Part shown: positions 40,929 to 55,714 of the stretch, one piece after another
How positions within the stretch are numbered: position 1 is the first letter of the stretch
How the letters are laid out: each line of letters opens with the position of its first letter
DNA from: Octopus sinensis
Lineage: Eukaryota
DNA length: 64,000 bases
Assembly (NCBI RefSeq): GCF_006345805.1
Contig: NC_043006.1
Coordinates: forward strand, 12,338,001 to 12,402,000
Direction: 5' to 3'
Program-made: the position numbers and the translations under genes
The notes under the pieces: model-generated
Databases searched by the model: none
Seen by the model: the letters and a program-made list of their open reading frames with translations, nothing else
What the model was told of the DNA's origin: nothing

Positions 40929-41917
40929 TGTATGTATGTATTATGTATGTGTGTGTGTGTGTGTGTGTGCGTGTGTGTGCGTGCGTGCGTGCATGTGTGT
41001 GTGCGTGCATGAGTGTATGTGTGTGTGTGTGAGCTAAGTACGTGCAGAAATACTTTCCAGACCCAGAAAGGCACTTCGTTCACTAAAGCTAGTAATTGTT
41101 GTGTAAGATTTAGCCAAACTACTACTATTACTACTACTACTACTACCACCACCAATAATAATAACAATAATAATGATAATAATGCTTTCTGTTATAGGCA
41201 CAAGGCCTGCAATTTGGGGGCTGAAGTTAAGTCGATTGCATCAACCCAAAAGCTCGGCTGGTACTTATTTTATCGATTTCAAAAGAATGAAAGCAAAGAA
41301 TGAAAGAACCTTTAAGACGGACGAAGTGCCGTATGCATTTTACTTGGCGAGTTACCAATTCTGCAACCTCGCCATAAAAAAGGGTCTACGTGTTCACATA
41401 TACTGACATGTTCATTTCCTAAGTGTGTATCCTTCACGTTACAATTACATCTCGATATCGCTAGACATGTGTTTCAATATAGGAGAGCGTGTGTATCTGC
41501 ATGCACGTATGAATTTATTATACATAAACTCGATGAAGTTGTAGATAGTTATTAGGAAAAGTTTTAATTATTCATGTTTGTTCTAAATACTGTGTACGTC
41601 GGACACGTCAAAGGGTTGCGTCTATAGCTATCAAAGAGCTGACAAGGAGAGACCTCCAGTGTTTGTTTTGACATCTCTCTTTGAGAAGGAAAATGAGCTG
41701 TAACTTCGTTTACATACAATGATCTAAACTAGGGCTTCCTTGAAAGTAAATGAATACGTTACTTATAGAGTAGGATTGTTCTGTGCAAGGCTTTTCCTCG
41801 CTATAGGAAGCTTTATGTACAAATGTCTCAAGATTATTCACATCTTTAGTATGTGTTATTATGGCCGGCCATACTTAAGAAAGGCAAAACACTCAAAGAA
41901 ATTTTCCATAATGGTGA

Positions 41918-42326
41918 GGTGCAGGAGTGGCTGTGTGGTAAGTAGCTTGTTTACCAACCACATGGTTCCGGGTTCAGTCCCACTGCGTGGCACCTTGGGC
42001 AAGTGTCTTGTACTCTAGCCTCGGGCCGACCAAAGTCTTGTGAGTGGATTTGGTAGACGGAAACTGAAAGAAGCCCGTCGTCTATATGTATATATATATG
42101 CGTGTGTGTATATGTCTGTGTGTCTGTGTTTGTCCCCCTAGCATTGCTTGACAACCGATGCTGGTGTGTTTACGCCCCCGTTACTTAGCGGTTCGGCAAA
42201 AGAGACCGATAGAGTAAGTACTGGGCTTACAAAAGAATAAGTCTCGGGGTCGAGTTGTTCGACTAAAGGCGGTGCTCCAACATGGCCGCTGTCAAATGAC
42301 TGAAACAAGTAAAAGAGAGTAAAGAG
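41918..42326 (+). mobile_element. SINE family B, full length
   Basis: Complete head, CORE-like segment, internal microsatellite and (gtaaagag) tail. Confidence 0.9.
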
Positions 42327-42630
42327 TAATGGAATGAAAGCATGTGTTAGCATGGGTGGTAAGATCTCTGAACACCTACTGCAAAAGATTGCAGAAAACT
42401 AAGAGCAGAGAAGAAAAAAAGCTAAAACCATGTTTAGGAGAACAAGCAAAGCATAGCATTACTTAAAATCGAGTTGCAACCATTATGCATGTATGTATGT
42501 ATGTACGTATGTATGAACGTATGTATGTATGTACGTATGTATGTATGTATGTATGTATGTATGTATGTATGTATGTATGAACGTATATATGAACGTATGT
42601 ATATATGTAAGTTTCTATGTGTATATGAAC

Positions 42631-42671
<41 letters not shown>

Positions 42672-43061
42672 AATGAATGCGTGTAGATATATTTTTATAT
42701 ACGTATATATGCATATATAATATATATATATATAGTGTTTTGGAATAGTATATCTCATTTGATATATACTATTATAGTAGATACAATAATATACTATTAT
42801 GTATATGAGATATAATATCATACTCTATATTGTTATTCTCATGCAAAAATATTAATAGTAGTGATATGTAAAAAAAAATAGATTAAATAACTTAATTTAT
42901 GATCGTTATAATTTTTTCACTTTGTTTTTTCTTCATCTATGTTCGGTATACTTGTAGGTATGTGTTTGTGCATAAGTGCATTTATGTGCATGTATAAGCA
43001 AGTATATATATGTGAGCGTCTGTGCATGTGAACATATATATAATTTATATATACAAATATA

Positions 43062-43292
43062 TATTTCTTTACTAGCCACAAGGGGCTAAACATAGAGGGG
43101 ACAAACAAGGACAGACGAAGGGATTAAGTCGATTACATCGACCCCAATGCGAAACTGGTACTTTATTTATCGACCCCGAAAGAATGAATGGCAAAGTCGA
43201 CCATGGCGGAATTTGAACTCAGAACGTAACGACAGACGAAATACGGCAACGCATTTCGCCCGGCGTGCTAACGTTTCTGCCAGCTCACCGCC
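43062..43292 (-). mobile_element. SINE family A (monomer)
   Basis: Near-identical to 57970-58200. Confidence 0.9.
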
Positions 43293-43745
43293 TGCTTTAT
43301 ATATACTAATATAGGTGTGTGCATGTATTTTCAGGATAATTAGTATATATGAATATATATAGATTTCTATAATTAACATTTAAATGGTACATATAATAAT
43401 TGTTTCATTCAATACTTATCTTCAATCTTATCTTTATTTATTCTAAACATCGCTTAATAATTTACTATATATTTTTGGTATGTTTACCTACATTCCACTG
43501 TGTCTAGTATTTCTCTTTTCTTGTATCTGGACCCATCTATGGAAGCTCATTTGAGCACAATTTCTTCTATTTTCTATTATCCCCTCAAATCATATCATGA
43601 CTTAAATCTAAATATATTCTCCCTTCATATTCCTATTAACTGATAATTTTAATTAGTTTAATCAATTTAGTAAACTAACTATGCTTAGCCTCGTATATGT
43701 GTATGTGTGTATACGTATATGTATGTATATATACATATATATGTA

Positions 43746-43791
<46 letters not shown>

Positions 43792-43814
43792 TATATGTAT
43801 GCATGTATATATAT

Positions 43815-43881
<67 letters not shown>

Positions 43882-44244
43882 ATATATGTGTGTGTGTGTT
43901 TGTGCGTACGCATGTGTGTGAGTATGTGAGTACATGTGCATATATGTATATGTTTATATGGAATACCAATTATTTCCCTTCTCTACTCCCATAATTTAAT
44001 CCGCTCTATTTTTGCATGCGTACGTCTGCATTATCATTATTATTATTATTTATATTAAGTTATGAATAAGGTTATTTTTTTAATACTGTATCTATTTTTA
44101 TTAATGTATATATTTAAAACTTTAATGGTACACTGTATTCTTCCTTTTTAATTTTTTCATTATGTTTCAAATATGTTAAATTTCTTTATACGTCCTTCCC
44201 TGAAGATATTCTCACTTGCAGTAATTAACTAAATTGATTTATTT

Positions 44245-44496
44245 CGTTTTTGGATTTGGTTTGCAAGATTCTTTATGTGAGTTCCTGTATTGAAGCATAT
44301 TCTGTTGTGTTTGGGGAGAGTCATTCTCTTTTGGTACCTTATAATTTAACACCAGCACCGGTAAAATTTCCAATTTTTCTAAAATTTTCGTTGCGCCTTG
44401 CAAACATTTCAATAGTTTTGACTCTGTCCGTTACTGAGTTAGTGAGTATGTTAAATTACAAGGCACTAAAAGAGAATGACTCCCCCCAGACACAAG
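44245..44496. mobile_element. Older fold-back PLE-like element
   Basis: Tail tttgcaagattctttatgtgagttcctgtattgaa matches 8075-8109; arms at about 44305-44350 are inverted at 44449-44495; only a very degenerate HHR remnant at about 44370-44415 (-). Confidence 0.6.
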
Positions 44497-45063
44497 TTAA
44501 ATTAAATTAAATTCGCTTAATTATATGCTGCAAGTCGTGAACTGAAACAATTGTAGGTCTGGTCTTGTCAATGTATTAATAAACTTTTATTAACGTTATC
44601 TCCATCCTCTCCTTGGTTTTTAATAATATTGATAATATGTATGTATGTGCCTATATTGTTATAGATTCAACCAGTATAAGCTTGGATATTTATACCACTG
44701 CGAGGTTTATATCCTCACCTGTACTTTTGTATATGCATATACACTCATGTATCGTTAAATAAATACACGTTATATATAGCAAATTTATTGTCCAGCTCTT
44801 TCCGACATTAGTATTTATATTTCCGTCATCCAAATAATTGGATGATTTAGCGATTCACTAATGTGTATATATATAAAATTAATATGAACAGCAGTTTGCA
44901 ATGTTTCACCAAAATGGAGAATTACAAATGTCACTAAATGTGACTAGGGTCTTAGGAAACAGCGACATTGCTAGAAATAAGAGTTAAACCACCTTAATGC
45001 TGTAGTTAACACACATGAATGAAAATATATACACTAATCGTCCGAAAATTGCAGATCGAGAAT

Positions 45064-45116
45064 TCTTAATACAGACGCGTCAATTTCGGCAATTTCCGTC
45101 GCTTCATCAGTTAAGA
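45064..45116 (-). ncRNA. Type-I hammerhead ribozyme, canonical core
   Basis: Minus strand: UCUUAA-CUGAUGA-aGCGA cggaaa UUGCc-GAAA-UUGAC GC GUCUG-UA|UUAAGA. Perfect 6-bp stem I, GUA triplet. Confidence 0.75.
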
Positions 45117-45269
45117 CCACTCGATTGCTCGACTTTTTCCTGACTCGCTTCGCCATTAGTATCTATATTTTCTTCATCGAAATATTTGAATGATTTAGCG
45201 ATTCGCTAATGTGTATATGTAAGAAACCGCAATTTTGCAATATTATTTTATTCACTTAGTTTTATATGT

Positions 45270-45400
45270 TTACACATTTGTCGCCTTCAAAGAATTCTCC
45301 ATTTGAGGCAAAGCATCGGTTTAGATACGTTTTCCACTGTTGGTTGGAAGCAGTGATGAAACTCTTGCGAAATGATGCCTTCTAACGACTCCGTCGTTTT
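45270..45400 (-). pseudogene. Mariner transposase C-terminal remnant
   Basis: Minus strand reads QQWKTYLNRCFASNGEFFEGDK (compare mariner W..RW..C...GEYFEGD). Confidence 0.6.
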
Positions 45401-47208
45401 TTTTTTTATTCCTCTTCCATACTGTGTGCTAGTGGTTCAAGTATGAAGGGCTGTCTTTCTTTGCAACTTCCTGGACATTTAAAATAGTTAGTGAAAGCAC
45501 GGTACATGTTGCCACACCATATGCACTCATGAGTGACGCAGGAGGTATTTTAACAACCCTGCACTCTACAAACACGTGGTCTGTAATCTATTATTTAGAC
45601 GGCAGTATATAGTTCGACGAATGTTTTTGCAGTTATATTTCGCAGGACGAGCAACCACATAAAAGACTCTCTCTAAGATAAATAGATGAGATCGGCATCA
45701 TCTAACGCTGATGCTCAGGCGCACTTTAATGTATCAATGTGAAGAAACGAAAAAATAAGGTTGAATTGCTTTTTGCTATCTACTGATGTTTGATACAGTT
45801 TGAGAAACAACGTTGAAAGTCCCTCGTTAGCAAAGTACATATATGGTAGTGATAGTTTGGTTCATAAGATTATTCCATGCATGATGTAGCAATTCAAGTA
45901 AACTGGAAATTATTTCTATGTTAAACATGATCGTAAATTTAGCTGTGAGTTTTAGGAAGGACAAACACCCTAAACCCATTGTTCATGCTTTTGTTTTCAA
46001 TGTGCAGCGACTTCTATAAGTGTTTTGTATCATGACCTTTTCTACCTCAACCATGCAGTGCGTGCTTGTGAAATTTGGCAGATAGAAATTGTATACTATA
46101 ACGTTGAATGACGTATCTGCAAATCGCTGCTTTCGAACAAAAGAACCGTGGGGTGTTTATTGCGCACGATTAGAACTCACACTCCCATGTTGACTTCTAT
46201 GCTTAACATTCAATGAACCAGTGACCGGCACTTTCCAGCTTGTAACAATTCAATATTGTTTGCTAAATATTCTGGTAATAACATAATGACTAGGAAAGTT
46301 TCTATTATAACGTTACAGTACATAAACTTAAAGCAACTTCGATCAACATTTCACAGCTGCATATTATAATAAAGAGAATTATTATAATCAGTTGATAGTT
46401 TTATTGTTTGGAAGAAGGAATACTTTTTTTTTCTTTTTTGTTTTCTTCTCATGAGATAATGCCACAAAAGTGTTTGAAATAACTTATGAAGTTGAGAAGC
46501 TTGTAAAGTATGAACGAGAATAAGTTTGAACTTGTAGGTTGAACGGCTGCTTTTGTGTACAAACATTTAGCTGATAGAAAGATTAAAATGAAACAAAGAA
46601 CATCAAAAAACGAACGCGCACACACATACCGGATCGAATAAAGAAGTAATATAAATGACAACAGAAGACAAAGAAGATGATCGTAAGCAGTTTAAAGCCT
46701 TGAAAGGTTATACGTTTGACCCGTTCATGGGCGCAATTCATCGGTTAACACTATAAAGAAGAAATAAAAGAGGTACACGACTCTGATCTTACAGTTTCAC
46801 TTTCGCTTTCTCTTAGCAGCTATTATTGACTCCATTAATTTCTAATAAACGTTCTTTACTGTTCAGTGAAATGATCTTATCAGAAGTGTGTTCGGCATTG
46901 CTGAAAGTTCTCGCTTTCATATCGCATGCTTTGCACAACTCATCGATCATGTAGAGACGGATGCTGTGAGAAGTGTGTGCCTTTAAAATAATTGTTGATA
47001 TTAATAGCCGTTTGCTTGAATTGTTTTATCGTCCTATAAATAACATTTAAACAGTATTTTAGCAAGTAACAGTTAGATACAACAGTTGCAATTTGGGAAC
47101 GTGAGATAATGAGAACTTACATATTTGAATAAAGACTTATGTGTTTGTGTGTGTACTTGTATAAATGTGTGCATATGTGTATTTGTATGTATATATATAT
47201 ACATACAA

Positions 47209-47244
<36 letters not shown>

Positions 47245-47255
47245 GTATACACACA

Positions 47256-47301
<46 letters not shown>

Positions 47302-48174
47302 TGTATGTGTATATGTATGCACGCAAGCACAAACACACACATATGGTAATCGATACATTGTTACATATGTAGATGGTTCAATCGATCGATAGATATATGT
47401 ATAGATGTATAATAGACACAGAAAATGAGAGAAGTAAGAATCTAGAAAGCAGCGATGAAAGCTAGAAGACATGTTTATCGATCTGATGTTGAAAAAAAAA
47501 ATCAATATAAAATGTGAGAACGTGGTTTTCTCTTTTATTCAACTTGGCATTCCGCCGTCAGCAGACGTCATATTTTCATATAATAAGAGGTCGGAATTAA
47601 ACCACGAGCTGGTTCATTAAATAGAGGAGGGTATTATGATGTGTAAGTATTATGAATAGGGCTTATACGAGTCAATAATATATATAGGTGTTAGAAATTG
47701 ATCGGTCGGAGAGCATTGACTAAAAATAACATGTACTTTGTAAATAAACTATTTCCAATTATAAACGAAGATTTGGAATGCTGTAATCACTGCTTACAAC
47801 TCTATATTAAGGTTATTTATAATGGAAAGCATTGGCACATGGCATGTTAAGTTTTCCCATTGAATAGAACCAACTTGATTACAATAACCTTAACTAATTT
47901 TGCAGTGAATACATATAATAAAAGCAATTGGATTTCACCTTGTCAATCATATTTATAACTGTGGTTACTTATTTATAATCTGGCTACATTCGACAAACTG
48001 ATTTATTACTATTGGAGCTAAACTTGTCTTAACTAGCATATTGACAGTGGATAACCATGACAGAAATATAATGCAGAGTTACGTGTATATTCATCAATGT
48101 GTTAAATCTACTTTTATGTAATTTCAACTGATTCTGTTATTTTATTTTAGTATATGAAAAGGCATATTTTTTTA

Positions 48175-48549
48175 CTCGTTTACTTGTTTCAATCAGTTGA
48201 CTGCGGCCATGGTGGAGCACCACCTTGAGGGGTTTTAGTCGAAGAAATCGATCCCAGGACTTATTGTTTTAAGACTAGTACATACTTTATCAGTCTCTTT
48301 TTCCTGAACCGTTCAGTTACGGGGACGCAAACACACCAACACCGATTGTCAAGCGGTAATGGGAGATAAACGCAGACACAGGGATACACATAAATATATA
48401 CGGGCTTGTTTCAGTTTCCGTCTACCAAATCCTCTCACAAGGCTTTGGTCCGCCCGTGGTTATAGAAGATATTTGCCCAAGGTGCCACGCTGAACCTTGA
48501 ACCATGTGGTTGGTAAGCAAGCTTCTTACCACACAGCCGCTCCTGCGCC
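48175..48549 (-). mobile_element. SINE family B, full length (extra head fragment at about 48600-48675)
   Basis: Matches 17114-17520, with a short internal repeat. Confidence 0.85.
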
Positions 48550-49664
48550 TAGTATAATATTGGTTCCAAATTTTGGCACAAGGCCAGAAATATCGAGTTC
48601 AAGCTACCACGCACTGAGACTGAATCCAGAACCATGTGTTTGGGAGTGAAACTTGTTATCACACAGCCACGCCTGTTGATGTATATATTAATTTCTCTTT
48701 TGTTTTTTCAACTACAGTTTGAGTTTTCCTGACTTTTTCTTCAAAGACTTTTTTATGAAAACAGTCTTACTGGGTAACTTATATGCACATCAGATGTTTA
48801 GAGAAAACATCCTAATCGTAATCTTTGTTTTGGAGGCATTTTCACCTTGTTTTCCCTGTGTTTGAATTTTTACAATACTTTTATGAAATCCTAGAACTTA
48901 TATAATGATTATTGTACATTGTATATAGTGGAGTCCTCTATTCTTATATTATACGTTTATGAAAAATTAGTTTTATAGTATACCAAAAGTATTGTGTCAC
49001 AGCGGTAAGGACATAGTCGTCATGCCGAGTTTAGGATGTGGTTTTTAATCCCAATTTCTGATAAAGGTGTCTCTCTTGTTTTATTTACTCGGAGAATTGC
49101 TAGGATTCATTAATTGCTAATACTATATGGAAATATAGATCAATCCACCCTTGAAGCTGGTCTCTATGGCGAAACATTAGAATCCAGCTGATGTTATAGC
49201 TACTACAGTTCAGTCTTTAGTTAGAGTATCTTTTAACCATGGTTTAATAGTATTATCCAGTATACTAATGCATTTGTAAGAGAAAAGTGAAGTTAGAGGT
49301 AAATTTAAAGGAGATTTAGTTCCCACGACTATCTGGTGTAACAACAGCATTGGTTTCTAAACTAATACAGACTACGGATAATATGTCCTATCCTAACTAG
49401 TTGTTTAGCCGAGTATCATAGTCCTCCTTGCACAAGTTGGACCTGGGGCTTTACAACAACAACATCAATAGTAACGAGCATTCAGTGATAACACAATCAT
49501 CTTCAATTGGATGATGTTAGATAAACGACAACACAAAGACTTAACTTTTAGAGATTCCCAAAGACAATTATTGCTCTTAGATATCTTTCCTTTCATTTAA
49601 TATTTATATACACACACATATATATAGTATATATTATATATATATGTATATATATATGTTATAT

Positions 49665-49696
<32 letters not shown>

Positions 49697-49759
49697 ATAT
49701 ATTATATATATATATATATATATAGATATATATATATAATATATATGCATATATATATA

Positions 49760-49967
49760 ACGGGAAGCTTTATGAAAATAAACAAAAGACGAGGGGCAGG
49801 TGGAATACAAACAAACAATTGTATTAGTATGGCGCTCAGAATATAAATAAAAGTAGTCTTTTACGTTCGAGCCTACGCTCTTCAACAGAAAGATACACAG
49901 AAAAGAAACATGGAGAGAAACAAGGAGAGAAAAAAATGCGTGCAGAAGCTAGCGAATCAATATGGCG
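49760..49967 (-). mobile_element. Family F element (F2) within (TA)n; HHR-like motif at 49855-49893
   Basis: Minus strand: ucuuu-CUGUUGA-a-GAGC guag GCUC-GAA-CG-UA|aaaga (one A of GAAA lost); (TA)n on both sides. Confidence 0.75.
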
Positions 49968-49969
49968 AT

Positions 49970-50012
<43 letters not shown>

Positions 50013-52076
50013 TTATGTTATATATAGCACAATCATGTTTTTTATTCAATTTAAACAGTTATAACTCCTTAAAGAATGCACCAACTGACTTTTGCCAGAA
50101 AGTCCCCCAAAATCCATGTATTGCATTAGAGTAAGCGTTTTTGTGACTTAAGTAAAATCAGGATTTGAGATATGAATTTCAAGACTGCCCCTATATGTTT
50201 TGTATCAAATTAATGTCTTTCTCCCTGGCATCCCTGTTGTGCAAGAAAAACTGTTCGTCTCTACTCGAGAAGTTAATGCGGCCAGACGTCATGTTTATGA
50301 TAGGAGAGTAATGCTGGCTCATTTACGCGACCTTATGACCGATTAATCCATGCTGTATGGCCATACATGGGGAAAGTGGGTTTTTTTTTCCTACTTTTCC
50401 TGAAAGTGAAAGCAGTAGTGCAGTGTGGTATGCTGTTTGCCAATACACGTTCAGGTAGTTTTGTGTTTTCAGCCCTCTCCAAATGCTGTTTTTCCAGCAT
50501 TTCCGTTGACATACATAATTATTTGTCAAGGTAAAAAAAAAATTGTTTCTCTTATTCAATATCCTTCGTTTATTTTAAGCATGAATTGTACATATGTAGT
50601 GATTCATCTTTGTATGAAAATTTTAGCAAGTTTGAGCAATGAGAACTTAAATTACTATATGTTTATATATTCCTGAGAATGAAAAATGACTGACCTAATG
50701 TCCGCTTTCCGCTCCATCAAGATCATATTATTGTTTTCTGATGAGGGTGAACGTTTGAATAGAAGTAATTTCAGCATTATTTATTATATATTGAATTATG
50801 TGAGTCCAAAAATTATTTCAAATATGTCCATTTGATATTGAATTATAAGTACTAAAGATTCTTACTGAGAATATATTCATAATTTCCTTTTACAACGCAG
50901 ATTCTTACACTGAGTTTTTGAAAGGTTTGCATATTACAAGAAATTAAAAAAGGAGAAAAGAGCAGCTCAAAACAAGATAAATTATCAAACGAAGAAGAAA
51001 TATTACTAAAGTAAAAAATAAGATACGCAGAGAAAAGGGATGCAGAGAAAAAGGATGCTATGAAAAGGAGAGGTAGACTAACAAGGGAAGACATCAGGAA
51101 TAAAGCATAGAAAGTGAAGAATAGGGAGCAAAATGGTCGATATCGAGCTAAGTTCAAAGAACGACATGGTTTTCACAAGAAGATGATCATAAACAAACAG
51201 AGAGTGGTTAGTCATAGAGCAAAGCAGAAAGAAGCAAAGGAAATTTGTTAGGAAAAAGATTGCCAAGTTATGAACTCATCACCAGCACAGAGAATGGTAA
51301 TTACAAATAATGTAAGGAAAGGGCAAGCATGTTTACTCAAATCAACACCTGAATGGAACCAAAGTTGTTTATACTATGCGCACAAATATGAATATATAAG
51401 GTCAAACTGTTAACAGAAATTTTTGATGAAAAATACCATATTTTCCAATATGTCCGCCCTAATTTCATAAAACAACTTAATAATGGCTAACATATATATT
51501 TTATTAATTCCTGAATGTTTCAACTCTTAACTCTTTTGCAAAAGCAAAATATAACATATATATGAAAGTGGTTTAATATCAATTAAAAATAGTGTCTTCA
51601 AAATTTGAGCGTCTATTTTGATTAAATAAACTATGAGAGTGAGTCATATTTCATAATACATTATGGTTAAGTACTAATGGCGAATGAAAGGAGAATCTAA
51701 CAGGAATATTCACAAGCAATTTAAGAAAACATAACGATTTCTCTTTTTTTATGATTTTTGTTCAATATGTTAGGAAATTTTATATAATTTGACACTCCTA
51801 ATTAAAATGCTAATTTATGCGCATTTTGATCAAGAAATAAATTTTTTTATGTCAAGTCAAAATTTCTATACTAAACTACAACAGCAAAAAAAGCATTTTT
51901 ATCAATTTTTAAATTTTATTTTGCCCCTGTTACGCATTCGGGTACCCTGATTGTCCTATTGACTATGTGTGAATATATACACATATATACATACACATCT
52001 ATCTATCTATCTGTCTGTCTGTCTATCTACCTACCTATCTATATATGAATACGTATATATATATATATACATACTT

Positions 52077-52107
<31 letters not shown>

Positions 52108-52147
52108 CATATTTAGAGAAATATATATATGTATATACATACTTATA

Positions 52148-52982
52148 GAAGGTGGTATCAAAAGGTTCACGAACTAGCTATATTTAATAAAAAAAAACGG
52201 CTTCTTTACTTATGTTTTAACATCTCCCTCGGGATAGTCGTCTTCCGCAGCGATACACCGTTCCTATAGTACCTGCCACTTTGGGAATCCGGCCTGGAAC
52301 TCGTTTTCCGGTGCGAGTCGAGGACCTTCTGCAATTTTCTCTTGGCCTTGACAGCTTTCTTAAAACGGTGACCATTGATCTACATTTTCATGTTGGGGGA
52401 GAGTGAGAAGTCTGCAGGTGCTAAATCTGGCAAATAGGCTGGGTGTAGAAGCAATACCTCGTTGTTTATAACGAGACATTGACGAGTAAGGAGTGTTCGG
52501 GGACGTGCGGATTGCCTGTATGGAGCCGTACAACAGATCAAAAACACCAACAATGTCGTTGGTTGTCCTCTGACGATCCTCATGCTTAATTTGATGAATT
52601 TCTTCCACGTTTCAGTGTGTGACACTCGTGGTAAGTCTTCCAGATCATATTCCAGATCGCTAATCGCCGTAAAGTCCATCCCCTCATCACCATAATATTG
52701 CCGAAGCATGCTCAGTGTCTGTGTAACCGATTTCCTAAGTTTAACGCAAAATTTCACGTTGAATCTTTCTTGCACCTTCTTGTCCATGACAAAAATTGCA
52801 GACTTTAGCATGCACATGATCACATAAACGCACATTTCTCAACTTGCGAAGTAAACGAAGCAATATCACTCGGGACATTGCCTCAGGACCGTCACTGCTA
52901 GCTCTCACAGCGCACGCAACCATATGCTGCCATCTGTTGGCGGGCTACAGAAGCAGTCCGGGGACTTTTTGATACCACCTCG
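52148..52982 (-). mobile_element. Internally deleted mariner element
   Basis: TIRs aggtggtatcaaaa.. / ..tttttgataccacct. ORF 52380-52835 has QERFNVKFCVKLRKSVTQTLSMLRQYYGDE (mariner HTH) and HPAYLPDLAPADF (YSPDLAP motif). Confidence 0.9.
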
Positions 52983-53020
52983 TCCATACATATACATATA
53001 CATATATGTGTATGTGTGTG

Positions 53021-53065
<45 letters not shown>

Positions 53066-54595
53066 ATATATATATATATAATATATATATATATATTATA
53101 TATATATATATAATATATATATATAACTATACATATATATCCATTAACAATAATCTCCTCTAACATTTTAAACCTCCCTCCGCCCCACATCATCCATCAA
53201 TACTCAGATCTACCGAATATATCCCGTCACCTGTTTTCAATAATGGCCCTTCTTCCCCAAGGAATATTTATATACACACACATAGAGAATTACATAAATT
53301 TTACAAAAAGTATGCAAAGCAGTAAACCATTTGCTGAAATGAATTACTATTTACACAAATTCCGTATACAATTTGCGTATCGGGAGTTGTGATATAATAC
53401 AGTAAGTGGATAATTTTGTCATGGTAAAATACAGACAACAGATAGCGAAATAAGTCAATGTATATCTTAAAGGAATAAACTAAGCGGAAACGGCAAAGTT
53501 AGGAACCAACCGTGCAACTGATGTGAGAGACAGTCAGTGTATGGCAACTTGGCCTGGCATAAATCGCAGCTAAATGTTTCCAGAAATTACATCATTCTGT
53601 CTGGAGATTCGAAGAATTCGTTGACTAGCTTCATCGTCTACGTACGCATACCCCACACACATTTATTCATATACATACACACACACACACACACACATAC
53701 ATACATACATACATACATACATACATACATACATACATACATACATACATACAGATACATAGATACAGAAAGCTTTAGATAGATAGATAGATAGATAGAG
53801 GGAGAGAGAGAAAAAGAGTGAGATAGAGAAACAGACATGGGTATATATGTATAGACACACACACGTTCACACACGCATAATATCCTAGGAAAAGATAAGA
53901 AAAATACAATAGGAAAGCATTTCATCATAAATGCGATCAATCAGTTTCGACCTGGGGCCACTCAGCAACAACTAAGACGATAAAAACATCATCATCGTCA
54001 TCATTAGCATCCTCATCCTCATCCTCATCATCATCATCCTCATCAACATCATCGTCATCATCAACGTCATCACCAACGTCAACATCATCATCATCATCTT
54101 TCCCATCAACGTCATCAACATCGTCATCACCACCATCACTCTAATCGGAACACATTGTTATGAAAAGTCGAAACTGAAATCCCAAACAGAAAACGATATA
54201 CCACATTTCTGATAATCTAGGGATTAAAATAAATCTTGAAGTTCGTTTCCAATGGCATGTAATATGATAAGGATGCATTCTAAAAGAGAAACGATATATC
54301 TATTTCTAGCATCAAAATATTTACCAAACACGGAAAATAACATAAAAAGAAGGGTCACGTTCCACAAATGGTGGCCAAATAGAAAAAAACTGTTTCACTT
54401 CGGAATTGCCAATTTCCGTGCGACTGAAAATGTTGTTGCTGTTGTTTATTATTGTTGGTGTTCATGTTGCTGATGATATTGGTGTTGAACTACAATCATA
54501 GCGGTCTATTTACGACAACGAAGAATACACACATTAAACTGCTTGCAAGACGTATATATATATATTATATATATATATATATATTGTTTTGTTCT

Positions 54596-54790
54596 GTACT
54601 TGTTTCAGTCATTTGACTGACGCCATACTGGAGCATCACCTTGTTAGCCTAGTGCATATTCTATCGGTCTCTTTTGCCGGACCACCATTTTACAGGGGCG
54701 TAAACACACCAACATCGGTTGCCAAGCGATGGTGGTGGGGCGAACACAGACACAAAGAAACACATACAATAAATATACACATACACACAC
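54596..54790 (-). mobile_element. 3' half of SINE family B running into a long (TA)n
   Basis: tacttgtttcagtcatttgactg...cgtaaacacaccaacatcggttgccaagcg. Confidence 0.8.
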
Positions 54791-54870
54791 ATACATATAT
54801 ATGTACACATACACACACATATATATAACTATATATATATATGCATATATAATATATATATACATATGTA

Positions 54871-54902
<32 letters not shown>

Positions 54903-54969
54903 CATATATACATATATATAAGTATATATATATATACATATATACTTATATATATATACTTATATATAT

Positions 54970-55001
<32 letters not shown>

Positions 55002-55070
55002 CATATATATATACCATATATATATATATACATATATACATACATATATATATATATATTATATATATAT

Positions 55071-55102
<32 letters not shown>

Positions 55103-55103
<1 letters not shown>

Positions 55104-55325
55104 GTGCATATGTGACCTCGTGAGTACCGCTGGCGATTTTTTTCCTCTGTCTTCCCTTCTCGGGATCTTTCTTTCTCCAATGTTTATGACAAAGAGCTCC
55201 GCTCGAAACGTTAAACCCTCCTTCTTCTCTTCTTTCCTGAGCGTCTAATAATACTTTATTTCTTCCACGTCCTCGCGTTGTTGTGTTTTTTTGGTGTTTT
55301 TGTGTTTTCTTGTTTGCATTAACTT
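55103..55325 (+). mobile_element. Family-F-related element with degenerate HHR at 55182-55216
   Basis: guuu-AUGACAA-a-GAGC ucc GCUC-GAAA-CG-UU|aaac; shares ttcctgagcg..taatac with family F; (TA)n on both sides. Confidence 0.65.
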
Positions 55326-55351
55326 TATATATATAAATATATATATATATA

Positions 55352-55714
55352 TTCTTGTATTTCAGGATGGTCATCTTTCTTTTTTCTTTTCCAAATAAAA
55401 ACACACACTAAATTTTTTTCTTCACTCGTTTATTACTGTTTTTATTTTACTGCTCACTGTCCGGAAAAATTTCGTCACACATCTGTGACCTCCTCGGCGA
55501 CACTTTTCGTTTTCGAGTGTGTTTTTGCTCCACTTTCTCCAGTCTGTTCTTCTAATGGATATGAGTTTAAATAACAGAATAGGAGTAATATTGGACGAGT
55601 GAAGAAAAAATATATACTGCGGGTGTTTATTTGGCAAAAAAATTATAATCCCGAAATAAAGCAATATAGGTTTCAACACACTATTTCACATCAGGAACCT
55701 TACAACACAAACTG
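55352..55714. mobile_element. Asymmetric fold-back PLE-like element; HHR motif at 55458-55502 (-) with U4C core
   Basis: Same lineage as 12270-12740. Minus strand: ugucg-CCGAGGA-g-GUCACA gaug UGUGAC-GAAA-uuuuUC|cggaca. The right arm starts downstream of the HHR and carries the tail. Confidence 0.8.

Noticed and set aside
50920-51290. Purine-rich stretch translating to a K/R/E-rich peptide
   Set aside because: It is interrupted by stops, with no recognisable domain, splice context or TIRs; possibly a transposon remnant but unsupported.
53930-53972. HHR-like ctgagtggccccaggtcgaaac on the minus strand (and a similar word at about 11040-11072)
   Set aside because: The core is incomplete and there is no convincing stem I or stem III.
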